Source of the DNA: Octopus vulgaris
Taxonomy: Eukaryota
Direction of reading: 5' to 3'
Assembly (NCBI GenBank): GCA_951406725.2
Contig: OX597828.1
Coordinates: forward strand, 7,254,001 to 7,318,000
Length of the DNA stretch: 64,000 nt
Below are positions 1-12,428 of this stretch, one piece after another (position 1 is the first letter of the stretch; the number at the start of each line of letters is the position of its first letter). The notes below the pieces were generated by a model, which saw nothing but the letters and a program-made list of their open reading frames with translations, was not told the DNA's origin and did not search any database. Position numbers and translations under genes: made by a program.

Positions 1-879
1 GTTGCAGACGTACCGTTAGAACATATAGAACTGGAACAAAGACCACAAGGCACCTTCAAAACATTTTCTCCAATCCACCACCTTAGATTGGTCCCTTGTT
101 TTATCCACACTGAAGAACGATAAGCTAAGGTGACACTTTTTAGTAATTAATCTATTAGTCATTAGACTGCAGCCATGCTGGGGTACCACCATAAAGAAAT
201 TGTAATTGAATATATCGACCTCAAAACGCAAGGTTACGGGGACTTAAACACACCAACACCGGTTTTCAAGCGTTGGTGGTGGGGAGGGACAACATAGACA
301 CAAACACACATATAAACAACGGTCTTTTTACAGTTTCCATCTACAAAATCAATTCACAGGGCTTTGGTCGGCGAGAGGTTATAGTAAAAGACATTTGTCC
401 GAGGTGAAATAATCAGCTATCTTTCTGGAACGATGATGTACTTCGGCTGAGTAAGGTATGTCCAATAGCTTGTTGTTGAATGAGGATGCCTTTAGACGGC
501 CGCTGAGCCTACTGGAAATAGAACTAAAGCCATCTGTTAATTAAATCCGATTCACTTAAATAGTGAAGGAGCTTCCCCTCATACTACCATCAGAATTAAC
601 AAAACTATCAGCAATTCTAATGAATGTTATAAGCCTAAGAGCGGGAAAGAGATGGTGGGAGAGAGGAGGTGAGAGAAAAAGAGCAAGAGAAGGGAGAGGG
701 GGAGAGAGAGTGAGAGAGAGAGAGCAAGGAAGTTTCGATGTGGTTTCTTGCACTGCCAGAAACAGCAGGCAACTCTTCCTCCAAATATCCTGCATCTTTA
801 GGAAAAGGGAAGAGACTTATTTGATAATGTATTCCTAGATATACACCGACCCTAAAAAGAGAAAAACAAGGACAGTAAT

Positions 880-1251
880 TAAGGTGTTGAGTCTGGGGCG
901 GAGTGGGAAGATGATGGAAGCATAAGGTCGCCATCACTAGTGATCACTCCAAACACCATGATGCTGACTGGATGTTTGGTTTTTGTCACTCTCCGTACAT
1001 ATCTTCAGATTGTACTGTCCTCAGATTGACACCTAAACACTCTGAAATGTTTGTATTGGAACTTGCGGCGCGAATGCCAAAGCAGTACAGCATGTCATTT
1101 CCAAATTTCTGGCAGAGTGAATTGCATCATTGTGCTTTATTTCTCACAGACGGTGCCTAACTGACCCTACTATACTGTGTAGTGGACAAAATCAAAAACA
1201 AATAATGCGCGTACATATCTAATGGCGACAATTCGCTCATCGCACCCTGTA
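880..1251 (-). mobile_element. Tc1/mariner (maT/DD37D-like) transposon remnant, internally deleted
   Basis: The minus strand starts TA-CAGGGTG. It encodes the broken fragments MMQFTLPEIWK*HAVLL and TKHPVSIMVFGVITSDGDLM, resembling the TKHPASVMVxGVV motif of maT transposases. Confidence 0.7.
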
Positions 1252-1628
1252 TATGTGTGTGTGTGCTAATATGCATACACACACACACACACACATACAT
1301 ATGTATGTATCATATGTAGTATATGTCTTTGTGTCTATGTCTGTCCTCCCCAACCACTAGGCAACGGAGGGGGTTGGTGTGTTTAACATCCCCGTAACTT
1401 AGTGGTTCGGCAAAGTAGACTGATAAAATAAATCCCAAGAACAAAAGCAATGGAACAAAAAACAGCAACAGGAAGTACTACGGTTGATCCATTCGCCTAA
1501 AAATTTCTCTAGGCGTTGCCCCAGCATGGCCGCAGTCTTGTAACTAAAAGAAGTAAATTATAAATATAATATATATTTATACATATATAATACAACACGC
1601 ATTCCTCGTTTGACATGTCTATAGAATT

Positions 1629-1813
1629 GGTAAGTTCCTGGTTAGTTACATGACTGATGGTGGCCCGATACACGGCTGAAACATTATAGTACGTCTACTT
1701 CCTCAGTCAAATTACTTAATGCAACTGAATAACGACATACCAGGAAGTACGTGAAGCTAAATGCTTTAACGGAGTATCAGACCACCATCACGTGACCGAA
1801 CAGGAATTAACCC
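1629..1813. mobile_element. Short fold-back MITE-like element, older copy of 6315-6508
   Basis: Imperfect TIRs ggtaagttcctggttag...gactgatggtggcccgatac / gtatcagaccaccatcacgtgaccgaacaggaattaacc. The interior (aataacgacat..caggaagt) is shared with 6315-6508. Confidence 0.6.
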
Positions 1814-1909
1814 ATGACGTACATAACGGGGCGTATCGTTTTTCTTTCAACAGAGAACATACATTGTTACATACATACATTGTATTACATACGTTGTGTT
1901 ACATACATT

Positions 1910-2363
1910 GGATCTTTTCGGTTTGAATGGCAGTTTTTTAAAATAATTTCCACGTAACTAAACACTTTTAAACTTCGTATACTGGTAGAATGTGTTTATA
2001 AAACATCTTTTTCTCTTGGCTTTATTGAGAAAATTCTATAGCTTGTAAGATTTTTGTTGTTTTTTCTTCAATTTCCGCAATTTCAACCAATCAATGACGT
2101 CTATTGAGGTGAAAACATTCTGTGCCGTATGAAAATGTCCCTCGTTTAAGAAACAGATTGGGTTTATTTACATTTCTGAAGAAAAAAAGATACCCTTCGC
2201 CCCACCCCTAACCCTAACCCTAACCCTAACTAACCCTAACTCTAACCCTAACCCTAACCCTAAAACAGATTGAAATGCTATAGATCGATACTAGGGTCAT
2301 AATTATGGTGACAATTTCATATGACACCGCTAGAAAAAACTGCCGTTCAAACCGATAAGATCC
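1910..2363. mobile_element. Non-autonomous DNA transposon (Merlin-like MITE) with internal (CCCTAA)n
   Basis: ~30 bp TIRs GGATCTTTTCGGTTTGAAtGGCAGTTTTTT / AAAAAACTGCCGTTCAAACCGAtAAGATCC. Near-identical to 8482-8904. Confidence 0.85.
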
Positions 2364-2984
2364 CTATAGTTACTTATATTCATGCATGTGAATATATGGA
2401 AGTCTTCGGACCCTGTTAGCACTAAGGGAAATTCCTGCCGGCACCCTGAAAGACACTTACCGCAGGGTCAATTACGAATAGCAGTCAAGAGGAGACAATC
2501 CCTAGTTATTGACTTAGAGTAACGAAGTCTTTCCCTCCTCCATTTACTACAGAGGCCTCTTGCTAGAGAGATGATAAGCCTAGGGGCTGAAGAAACGCTG
2601 TAGAGATAAGCGCTTTCTGGAAGTGTAAACCAGGGTAAACCCACAAACCGGTCACATTTACCTTTATCTATATACTCTGCTGCACTATAACTTAGAGTGC
2701 GCTTCTTTCTTGGATTTATGATTTACTGACGATATATATGTATATATATATTCTTTTATTCATTTTTTTTTATTCTTTTACATCTTTCAGTCATTTGACT
2801 GTGGACATGCTGGAGCACAGCCTTTTTAGTCGAACAAATCAACCCCAGGACTCTTTTTTTATAAACTTAGTACTTATTCTATCGATCTCTTTTGCCGAAC
2901 TATTAGGTTACGGCGACGTAAACACACCAAAATCGGTTGTCAAGCGATCGTAGAGGGACAAACACAGACACACAAAATACATAT

Positions 2985-3650
2985 CAGCAAGATGGTGGCA
3001 ATGTGCAGGCGAATGGCCGGATGGATTCTGAGAACCTTCAGAACAAGGGACCAGGAAACTATGCTGGTTCTCTGGAGAACATTTGTACTCATCCGTTGGG
3101 ACTATTGCTCTCAACTGTCGTTACACTACGGTGTCAAATTAATAACAGAACTTGAGGCAATTGAGCGATGGTACGCCAGGAAGAAACTGAGCTGGTGAAA
3201 CAACTGAGCTAGTAGGAGAGACTGAAAGATCTACGGCTCTAATCCCTGGAGCGAAAACGGGAGAGGCATGCAGTGATATATGTATGTAAGATCCTGGAGG
3301 GGCTGGCACCAAACTTTGGTATCCAGAGCTATAACAGCCTCCCGAACTGGATGTTACTGCACTGTTCCAAATGCCCCAGCTATTCCGTCTAGAGTGGGGA
3401 ACATGTACTGCAATAGCTTGGGTTTCAAGAGCCCACAGGTATTTAATGGTATGCTAAATTATCTGAGGGCTCTTCACGGAGTAGAAGTTGTTGTTTTCAA
3501 GAAACGTGACCCCTTGCTATTCAAGGTGCCAGATGAATCACTAACAAGGCAGGAGACCAAAAGGAGCGCAGCGGTGTCGAACTCCCCACTTTATCAATCA
3601 TAAGATTGGCCATTGAGAAGATCTTTACACTGGGCTAAAACGTATTGAAG
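2985..3650 (+). mobile_element. CR1-type LINE 3' fragment (post-RT region), frameshifted
   Basis: Peptides GWILRTFRTRDQETMLVLWRTFVL.RWDYCSQL, LERKRERH..IYVCKILEGL.PN and YCNSLGFK.PQVFN...FKK..LL.KVPDE match typical CR1 ORF2 C-termini. Confidence 0.85.
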
Positions 3651-3657
3651 AATAAAA

Positions 3658-3824
3658 GTGAGGAGTGGCTGTGTGGTAAGTAGCTTGCTTACGAACCACA
3701 TGGTTCCGGGTTCAGTCCCATTGCGTGGCATCTAGGGTAAGTGTCTTCTACAATAGCCTCGGGCCGACCAAAGCCTTGTGAGTGGATTTGGTAGACAGAA
3801 ACTGAAAGAAGCCCGTCGTATATA

Positions 3825-3860
<36 letters not shown>

Positions 3861-4070
3861 CGTGTTTGTGTGTCTGTGTCTGTCCCCCCAACATCGCTTG
3901 ACAACTGATGCTAGTGTGTTTACATCCCCGTAACTTAGCGGTTCGGCAAAAAAGAGGCCGATAAAATAAGTACTAGGCTTACAAAGAATACGTCCTGGGG
4001 TCGATTTGATCGACTAAAGGCGGTGCTCCAGCATGACTTTAACAAGTAAAAGAGTAAAGAGTAAAAAGAG
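3658..4070 (+). mobile_element. SINE family A, full-length (tRNA head + CORE-like segment + internal microsatellite + 3' module)
   Basis: A-box TGGCTGTGTGG, B-box GGTTCAGTCCC, a diverged version of the family's caccttgggcaagt CORE-like motif, internal (TA)n and a (GTAAAAGA)n tail. About 30 related copies occur in the window. Confidence 0.9.
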
Positions 4071-4528
4071 TATATATATATAAAATCGTTTCTACTAAAG
4101 GCACATGGCCTGAAATTTGTGAGGAGGGGACTAGTTGATTACATCGACCCCAGTGCATAACTGGTACTTATTTAATCGACCCCGAAAGGATGAAAGGCAA
4201 AGTCAACCTCGGTGGAATTTGAAATCAGAACGTAGCGGTAGACGAAATACTGTTAAAGATTATGTATGTATATATATAATCTGCTTATGTATATGTATAA
4301 TCTGTTTCAGTCATTAGGCTGAGGCCATACTGGGATACCGGCTTATGAATCGACCCCAATGTTTGCTGGCACTCACTCCACACTTTATATATATATGTGT
4401 GTGTATGTGTGTGTGTGTGTGAGCGTGTGAGCGTATGTATGTGTGTATATGTTTATATATATATATACACACACATATTCTTTGGTCGTTTTCAATTTAA
4501 TTTCTAACACTTGTTCAGATTAATAACA

Positions 4529-4573
<45 letters not shown>

Positions 4574-4947
4574 TTTCTTTCGATATATATAAAATCTTTT
4601 ACTTGTTTCAATCACTAGACCGGAGTCATGCTGGAGCACTACTTTGAAGAATCGACCTCAGTGCTTATTATCTTTTTAAAGTTTGGTACTTATTCTATCT
4701 GTCCGTTTTGGCGAAACGCTAAGTTACGGGGATATAAACACATGAACACCGGTTGTAAAGTGGTGGTTGAACGAACTAACCCCCCCCCATCACACACACA
4801 CAAGGACGGGCTTCTTTCAGTTTCCAAATCCACTCACAAGGCTATGATCACTCCTAAGCTTTAGTAGAATACCCTCACCCAAGGCGCCACGCAGTGAGAG
4901 AGAACACGGAAGCATGCGGTTGAGAAGCACAACATAGACAAATTTAA

Positions 4948-5266
4948 GGGTAAAGACCCCCTTCGGTCATAAAGGGCCGTGAGATTGCACCCAGAAAGTT
5001 ATTCTCTGTGGTACAAGTCCGCACAAGGTTGTTTATGGTAGACCAGCATTCGCCCATGAGTTCCAGCCTGTCCTCTCCAGGCGACCGATGTTATCCAAGT
5101 GTGGCACCAGTGACGCCGAAACTCATTTCTACGGCTGAATGAACCGGAGCAACGGGAAATAAAGCATCTTGCTCAAGATCACAACACACAGCCCGGTCCG
5201 GGAATCGAACTCACTACCTCATGATTGTGAGCCCGGTGCTCTAACCATTCAGCCATGCACCTTCAC
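4948..5266 (-). mobile_element. SINE family C (tRNA head, cttgagcaag CORE-like domain)
   Basis: Reverse strand gtgaaggtgcatggctgaatggttagagc...gagttcgattccc. Homologous to 42248-42568, 11245-11370, 54268-54516 and 56992-57255. Confidence 0.8.
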
Positions 5267-5487
5267 AGACAAATACAGATATATCAAATATTATACCGTA
5301 TATGTTCCCGGTTAATAAAAATTTGTTTCCGCCTCACCAAATGGCAATTGAGAACTTCTTCATGCTACAACGGCGTACAAATAATCCGCGTACACAAACA
5401 ATACAATACAAATTCTTGATTCATTCAAATCATCTCCGCCTCTAGAAGATGTGTCGCAATTATCACATGGTACCCGAGAAGAGCTCC

Positions 5488-6041
5488 AGTGGAGGCGCAA
5501 TGGCCCAGTGGTTAGGGCAGCGGCCTCGCGGTCGTAAGAACGCGGTTTCGATTCTCAGACCGGGCATTGTGAGTGTTTATTAAGCAAAAACACCTAAGCT
5601 CCACGAGGCTCCGGCGAGGAGGGAGATGATCCCCGTTGTACTCTTTCGCCACGATTTTCTCTCACTCTTTCTTCCTACTTCTGCCACAAAGCAGAGGAAC
5701 CATGGTGTAACCTACTATGGTGTGGTAAACTTTCAGACCCTAGTCGAGATTGCGAATCTTCTGTACCCCAGGATGGTTCAGCTCTCCACCCGTTAAAAGC
5801 CACTGTTTACGGAATGAGGAGCTTTCGCGCCTGTGCAACCGCCTGTCTATCGCGTGTGTTGGGTGGATCTTCAAGTTGCCACACGCATTCTTAGTAGCTT
5901 AGAGTAGGCTCGAATTAGAGATTATTCTTTGTGGCTAATGTTATGAGTCCTGATTGGAAGAAGAAGAAGAAGAAGAAGAAGAAGAAGAAGAAGAAGAAGA
6001 AGAAGAAGAAGAAGAAAAAGAAGAAGAAGAAGAAGAAGAAG
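5488..6041 (+). mobile_element. SINE family B copy with unique 3' tail ending in (GAA)n
   Basis: tRNA-like head agtggaggcgcaatggcccagtggttagggcagc...gtttcgattc, shared with the copies at 10689 and 33224. (GAA)n run at ~5957-6040. Confidence 0.8.
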
Positions 6042-6314
6042 ACAAGGGGGGTAATCTAAACTTAGTAATTGTGATAGCTACATGGTCATCATCATCAACA
6101 TAATCATCGGCGGTGAAGCACCAGTTTTTCAAAGATACAACAATGATAAACATAATTAGAAACGTTTACAGTAATACATTCAACTACGTACTTAGCCCCA
6201 AATCGAAGATTATTCACCCTGCCATAGAAGAAACACAAATTATATCAAAGTACATACATAAAAACATACATACATACATACATACATACATACATACACT
6301 TCTCATTTGAACAT

Positions 6315-6508
6315 CTGTGGTGGTAACTTCCTGGTTGGTCACGTGACTGATGGTGGTCCAACACACGGTTGCACCATCATGTTTTTCATCGATTTCCTCA
6401 AATTTTTTTGTACGACGCAATAACGACATTTCAGGAAGTGCATGAAGGTTTACCGGAGTATCGGACCACCATCAGTCACGTGATCAACCAGGAGGTTATC
6501 CATCACAG
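6315..6508. mobile_element. Fold-back MITE-like element, ~45 bp imperfect TIRs
   Basis: ctgtggtggtaacttcctggttggtcacgtgactgatggtggtcc pairs with ggaccaccatcagtcacgtgatcaaccaggaggttatccatcacag. Confidence 0.7.
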
Positions 6509-6568
6509 CAGAGCGGAAATACCCTCTTCGTTGAAGCGGAAAGTATATACACACATACATACATACGT

Positions 6569-6612
<44 letters not shown>

Positions 6613-6624
6613 GTGTGTGTGTGT

Positions 6625-6820
6625 ATTCTTTTATTCTTTTACTTGTTTCAGTCATTTGACTGCGGCCATGCTGGAGCACCGCCTTTAATCGAACAAATCG
6701 ATCCCAGGACTTAAACTTTGTTAGCCTAGTACCTATTCTATCGGTCCCTTTTGCCGAACCGCTAAGTTACGGGGACGTAAACACACCAGCATCGGTTGTC
6801 AAGCGATGTTGGGGTGACAA

Positions 6821-6889
<69 letters not shown>

Positions 6890-7052
6890 CGAAGGGCTTC
6901 TTTCAGTTGCCGTCTACCAAATCCACTCACAAGGCTTCGGTCGGCCCGAGGCCTATAGTAGAAGACACTTGCCCAAGGTTCCACGCAGTGGTACTGAATC
7001 CGGAACCATGTGGTTGGTAAACAAGCAACTTACCACACAGCCACTCCTACGC
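6625..7052 (-). mobile_element. SINE family A, full-length
   Basis: Reverse complement matches 3658-4070, with an internal (CA)n(TA)n. Confidence 0.9.
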
Positions 7053-7122
7053 ATGTGTAGAATGCAATAAAAGGAATTCTGTTCAATCTTCGTTCAACTC
7101 CATTTCTTCAATTCACTAATAA

Positions 7123-7182
<60 letters not shown>

Positions 7183-7417
7183 TTATATATATACACGCAT
7201 GTACATTGTCTCAGTCATTAGGCAGCGCCCATACTGGGGCACCACCTCGAAAAATTTTATTCGATGAAATCGAGTCTAGTACTTATTTTTTGTTAAAAGC
7301 CTGGTAATTATTCAATCCGTTATTTACGAGTTACTGGAACGTAAACACACCAACACCGGTTGTCAAGCGGTAGTGGGTGTGAGCATAAATGCAGTCACGT
7401 CAACTCACACACACACA

Positions 7418-7491
<74 letters not shown>

Positions 7492-7736
7492 TGTATGTGT
7501 GTATTTGGTAGATCCTCGTCAAGCTTCACGTTTAGGGATCAAATAGAAGATAGTGAAATGAGAAATGCCTAAAAAATTCAGAGGCGAAGTGGTCTCTAAA
7601 CGTGAGTCGCACATATTTACCAGGGAGTGGTGAGTATGCCTTGATGTCCTTTTCGTTCGCGAAGAAAAAAAATTCATTCTTCAGAATCTGATCCACGATG
7701 GCCGAGACACATGCCTGGCCTGTATCCATGATACTT

Positions 7737-7806
<70 letters not shown>

Positions 7807-8481
7807 AGCGAGAGGGAGGGAGAGGGAGAGAAGGAGGAGGAATAAAACAAGGAGAGGGGGAGGATGAAAAGGCTGGAGAGAGAAACAGGGAGAGCGGGGA
7901 AAGAGGGAAAGAGAGAGAGAGGGGAGAAAGAGAGTAAGACATTGGGAATAGAGAGAAAGAGAGGGAGAGAGAAAGATAGAGAATGAAGGAGGAGGAGGGC
8001 TAGAAAAGAGAGAGTGGAAAAGGAGGGAGAGAGAGGGGAAGAGGAAGAAAGAAAGAAGAAAAGAGGGAGACAGAGAGAGAGGAAAAGAGAAGAAACGAGA
8101 GACATGGTTTGGATACTGTACTGAAGAAGTAGGCCTCCATATCTATCGAAATATGAGAAAATTAGCACCGAATCCAAAATTCATGAACCGTTCGGTTTCG
8201 TGGGCTGCGTTTTTGTTCCGGTTTCACCCCATGCTATTCTGATCGAATAGCATAAACACATCATCAAGCGTATTCCACTCGTGACCATCCCATAGAGCAC
8301 CCGGACTACATTTTACAATATATCCTACTTAGGATTTTTTTTTCAAAACGAGTCTCTGTAGTCATACGCTGGTTCTACACCTTGAAAGTCATCAAGAAAA
8401 CCTGAGCGCGGTTAATCGACTTACTAGATACAACAGCCAAATTTACTTCATATCATATCCTACGATTTTAATACAAAACTC

Positions 8482-8904
8482 GGATCTTTTCGGTTTGAAC
8501 AGCAGTTTTTTAAAATAATTTCCACGTAACTAAACATTTCTAAACTTCGTATACTGGTAGAATGTGTTTATAAAACATCTTTTTCTCTTGGCTTTATTGA
8601 GAAAATTCCATAGTTTGTAAGATATTTGTTGTTTTTTTTCTTCAATTTCTGCAATTTCAACCAATCAATGATAACTATTGAGATGAAAACATTCTGTGCC
8701 GTATGAATATGTCCCTCGTTTAAGAAAGAGATTGGGTATATTTACATTTCTGAAGAAAAAAAGATACCCTTCCCCCCACCCCTAACCCTAACCCTAACCC
8801 TAAAACAAATTGAAATGCAATAGATCGATACTAGGGTCATAATCATGGTTGACAATTTCATATGACACCGCTTGAAAAAACTGCCGTTCAAACCGAAAAG
8901 ATCC
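8482..8904. mobile_element. Merlin-like MITE with 8-bp TSD
   Basis: GGATC...GATCC TIRs flanked by a perfect direct repeat CAAAACTC (8474-8481 and 8905-8912). GG termini plus an 8-bp TSD fit the Merlin superfamily. Confidence 0.85.
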
Positions 8905-9317
8905 CAAAACTCATTGGATAGTGTAGTTTAAAAAGCGATATGCCGGAAATAAAAGACAAGACAGTCACGACTGGAAAGCCATTGATCATTGGTCGACTAC
9001 TCAATCTCAAGGCTGACTGGCGTTAAACAAAAGAAAAAGAAAAAGCTACAGTATTAACTTCTTGCGTTGTTGTTTAACTTCCGGTCAGTCTCGATTGATC
9101 AGGTGAGAGATGTTCTACTTGGGATAATCCGTCGTCTTATCATTATTTTGGCAGAACTGTTTGAGCGTCAGACAAAATGCTTGGACGTATTTCTTCGGAT
9201 CTTTACCTTCTAGTTTCAAATCACAACGAGGTCAATTGTACCTTTCATTCTTTCGAGGCCGATAAAATAAGTACCAGCTGAGCACTGGGGTCGATGTAAT
9301 CGATTGGACCCTTTCCC

Positions 9318-9349
<32 letters not shown>

Positions 9350-10159
9350 TAGAATAAGTACTCGGCTTACAAAGAATAAGTCCTGGGGTCGATTTGATCG
9401 ACTAAAGGCGGTGCTCCAGCAAGGCCGCAGTCAAATGACTGAAACAATTAAAGGAGTAAAAGGGTAATTAATTACTTTATTTTTTTTTTTTACTTATTTT
9501 ATGGCAAGAATGAATCCAGTATAACATGATACAGTATATTTCCTTTTCTTTAAGACGGTGGTGTTGGTGTGTGTCTGTGCGTGTGTGATTGATGGAGATT
9601 TAGCAGTAATTTCTCGTAGATCTAGAGTCGAGCGTAGAGCGTGGGTGGAGATCTACGTACATACCACGGAAGAAATAAATGCACGTGCTTAAAAGCCTGT
9701 TCTGTCACCACATCTGTGCCATGAAAAATAATATTTTAATCTTACAAATTCCTAACTATGTAACTCCTATTAATTTACTGTTTTGGGCCTAAAGCTTAAA
9801 GTTCATTTTTTTTTTTTTTAAATTTAAGCGTCAGATTATTTGGAGCGTAGGACATTTGTTCCGGATCTCAGAGTTCAAAACCAAGCACGTTTAACATTTA
9901 CTGTTATCCTCTTTGGGGCTGATTAAAAATAAGGTATCAGACTAGAACAGAATATTAGTATCCTTCCATTCTGAGATCGAATCTAGCAGTGGTCGAAAAT
10001 TTAACTTGAATACTTTACACACGCCCCCCCGATTAAAATAAAGAGTCAGACTCGAAAAGAGTTATAAGAGCGTCGTATGAAATGCCTTGCGATGTTTGAT
10101 CTGTAATTTTTTTTTTCCTTTTGCTCTAAGTTCAAATCCCACCCATGCCAACTTTCGAC

Positions 10160-10572
10160 CTTTTACTCTTTTACTCTCTTGCTTGTTTCAGTCATATGAC
10201 TGCGGCCATGCTGGAGCACCGCCTTTAGTCGAACACATCGACAACAGGACTTGTTCTTTGTAAGCTTAGTACTTATTCTATCGGTATCTTTTGTCGAACT
10301 GCTAAGTTACGGGGACGTAAACACACCAGCATCGGTTGTCAAGCAATGTTGGGAAGACAAACACAGTCACACAAACAGATACACACACATACATATACAT
10401 ATATATACAAACATTTATACGACGGGCTTCTTTCAGTTTCCGTCTACCAAATCCACTCACAAAGCGTCGGCTATAGTAGAAGACACCTGGCCAAGGTGCC
10501 ACGCAGTGGGACTGAACCCGGAACTATGTAGTTTGTAAGCAAGCTACTTACTACACAGCCACTCATACGCCT
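10160..10572 (-). mobile_element. SINE family A, full-length
   Basis: Same head, CORE-like and tail modules on the reverse strand. Confidence 0.9.
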
Positions 10573-10688
10573 TAAGGATTTTTCTAAAATGTAGATCTAA
10601 ATACACCTTACACAGTCAGAATAGTAATTTTGGAACGGGATTGATCGTAGTTTTTTTGTTTTAACCCTTTGGTTAAACAGCAACAGCA

Positions 10689-11036
10689 AGTGGAGGCGCA
10701 ATGGCCCAATGGCTAGGGTAGCGGGTTCGCGGTCAGAAGATCGCAGTTTCGATTCCCAGTGTGTGTTTATTGAGCGAAAACACCTAAAGCTCCATGAGGC
10801 TCCGGCAGGGGGTGGTGGCGACCCCTGTTGTACTCTTTCACCCCAATTTTCTCTCACTCTTTCTTCCTGTTTCTTGTCCCCGACTTTCTATGCAACCGCT
10901 GAGCCTGGATGTGCTTTCATCCATCCGTCGATGCTCTCGGTGTCGGGGATTGACCTGCTTTCTCTTCTGCGGGTCATACGAATAGCAAAGGACCACGTTT
11001 CGGACTTCTCCCACTGGGACGAAGACCGCTTCACTC
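10689..11036 (+). mobile_element. SINE family B copy with 13-bp TSD
   Basis: Family B head flanked by AACAGCAACAGCA at 10676-10688 and 11037-11049. Confidence 0.8.
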
Positions 11037-12087
11037 AACAGCAACAGCAGAAAACACAACAACCACCCTTACTGAACGACGATGACGATGATGATGATGA
11101 TGATGGTAGTAGTTTCTTGTAGTCCAAGAAAGATGATTCTGCTGAACAACTTGCGCATATGACTTGTTTATAGAAATCAGATGTTGTGCTGCGCATTAGC
11201 TCTCTCCCTCTATCAATTTAACGTTGTCTGAACAGGGACAAATGATCACAGAGCAATGTGAGATGAAGTGGTTTGCTCAAGAACACAACGCACAATCCGA
11301 TCCAGAAATTGAAACCGTGATCCCCCGATCGTCAGTGCAATTCCCTAACCACTCAGCCATGTGCCCTCACATACCAGGCAATGCGGTGAGTAAGACATAT
11401 TCAGATTTTTTTTAATAGTATCCACCGCAAAAAAAATCAGAGCACGTTGTAATGTGATTTTAAATAGGTGGAAGCAAAAAATGTATTTCGTGTATTGCAT
11501 TTATAACGGATAACTGGCCTTTCGTGAATCGAGATAGCAAAGAGCGAGCAACGAGATGGATGAAAGGTCGTAAAGATAAAGTACAGGACAACTTAATTTG
11601 ACAGGCGGAATTATTAACGTATCAGTCTTGTGGTATTTATCCCAACTCTGCCCTCTGAGTTCAAATTTTTCAGAGGTGAACTTCATCTTTCATCCCTTTC
11701 GGGGTCGCTAAAATATAGTATCATTCCAGAGTAGTGGTTTGAGGAAATTGATAGTAAGTTGCAGTATTTGTTCCGGTTCATTGCACTTTGAACTACCGGA
11801 TGGTACATGGTAGACTGTTACCCAGTTTAACCCAGTACCACCATATCTGGGTCGTGGGTACCTTTAGCAAGATCCATTCAGTTGCAGCGTATTCGGGACC
11901 TCGTAGCTGATTTGTGGAGAACTTCCTTTCTTTCCTACAACCAATCTCGCAAGCTGTCACCTTTACCCGTTTCAGTTATAGGACACCAGGTCATGCTGGA
12001 GCACTGCATTCAAGTGTTTAAAAAGCTGAACCGGAAAGAAAGTAACACCGGTTGCCAAGCGGTGGGGGTAGGGACAGACAGACAGAC

Positions 12088-12120
<33 letters not shown>

Positions 12121-12202
12121 TATATACGACAGGCTTCTTTCAGTTTCCGTGTACCGAATCCAGTCACAAGGCTTTGGTCGGCTCGAGGCTATAATATATT
12201 TC

Positions 12203-12428
12203 TTTACTACCCACAAGGGGCTAAACACAGAGGGACATACAAGGACAGACCAGATAGATTAAGTCGATTACATCAACCCCAGTGCGAAACTGGTACTTTA
12301 TTTATCGACCCCGAAAGGAATGAAAGGCAAAGTCGACCTCGGCGGAATTTGAACTCAGAACGTAACGGCAGACGAAATACCGCTAAGCATTTCGCCCGGC
12401 GTGCTAACGTTTCTGCCAGCTCGCCGCC
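12203..12428 (-). mobile_element. SINE family D nested inside a family A SINE (~11965-12520)
   Basis: Reverse complement of 36528-36759. It interrupts the host SINE between ggctata and aagacacttg. Confidence 0.85.

Noticed and set aside
2205-2262. (CCCTAA)n as a true telomere or chromosome fusion site
   Set aside because: Short, and internal to a MITE present twice in the window.
5491-5565. SINE heads (also 33226, 56995, 3660) as functional tRNA genes
   Set aside because: They continue into SINE bodies and lack a paired acceptor stem and a terminator.
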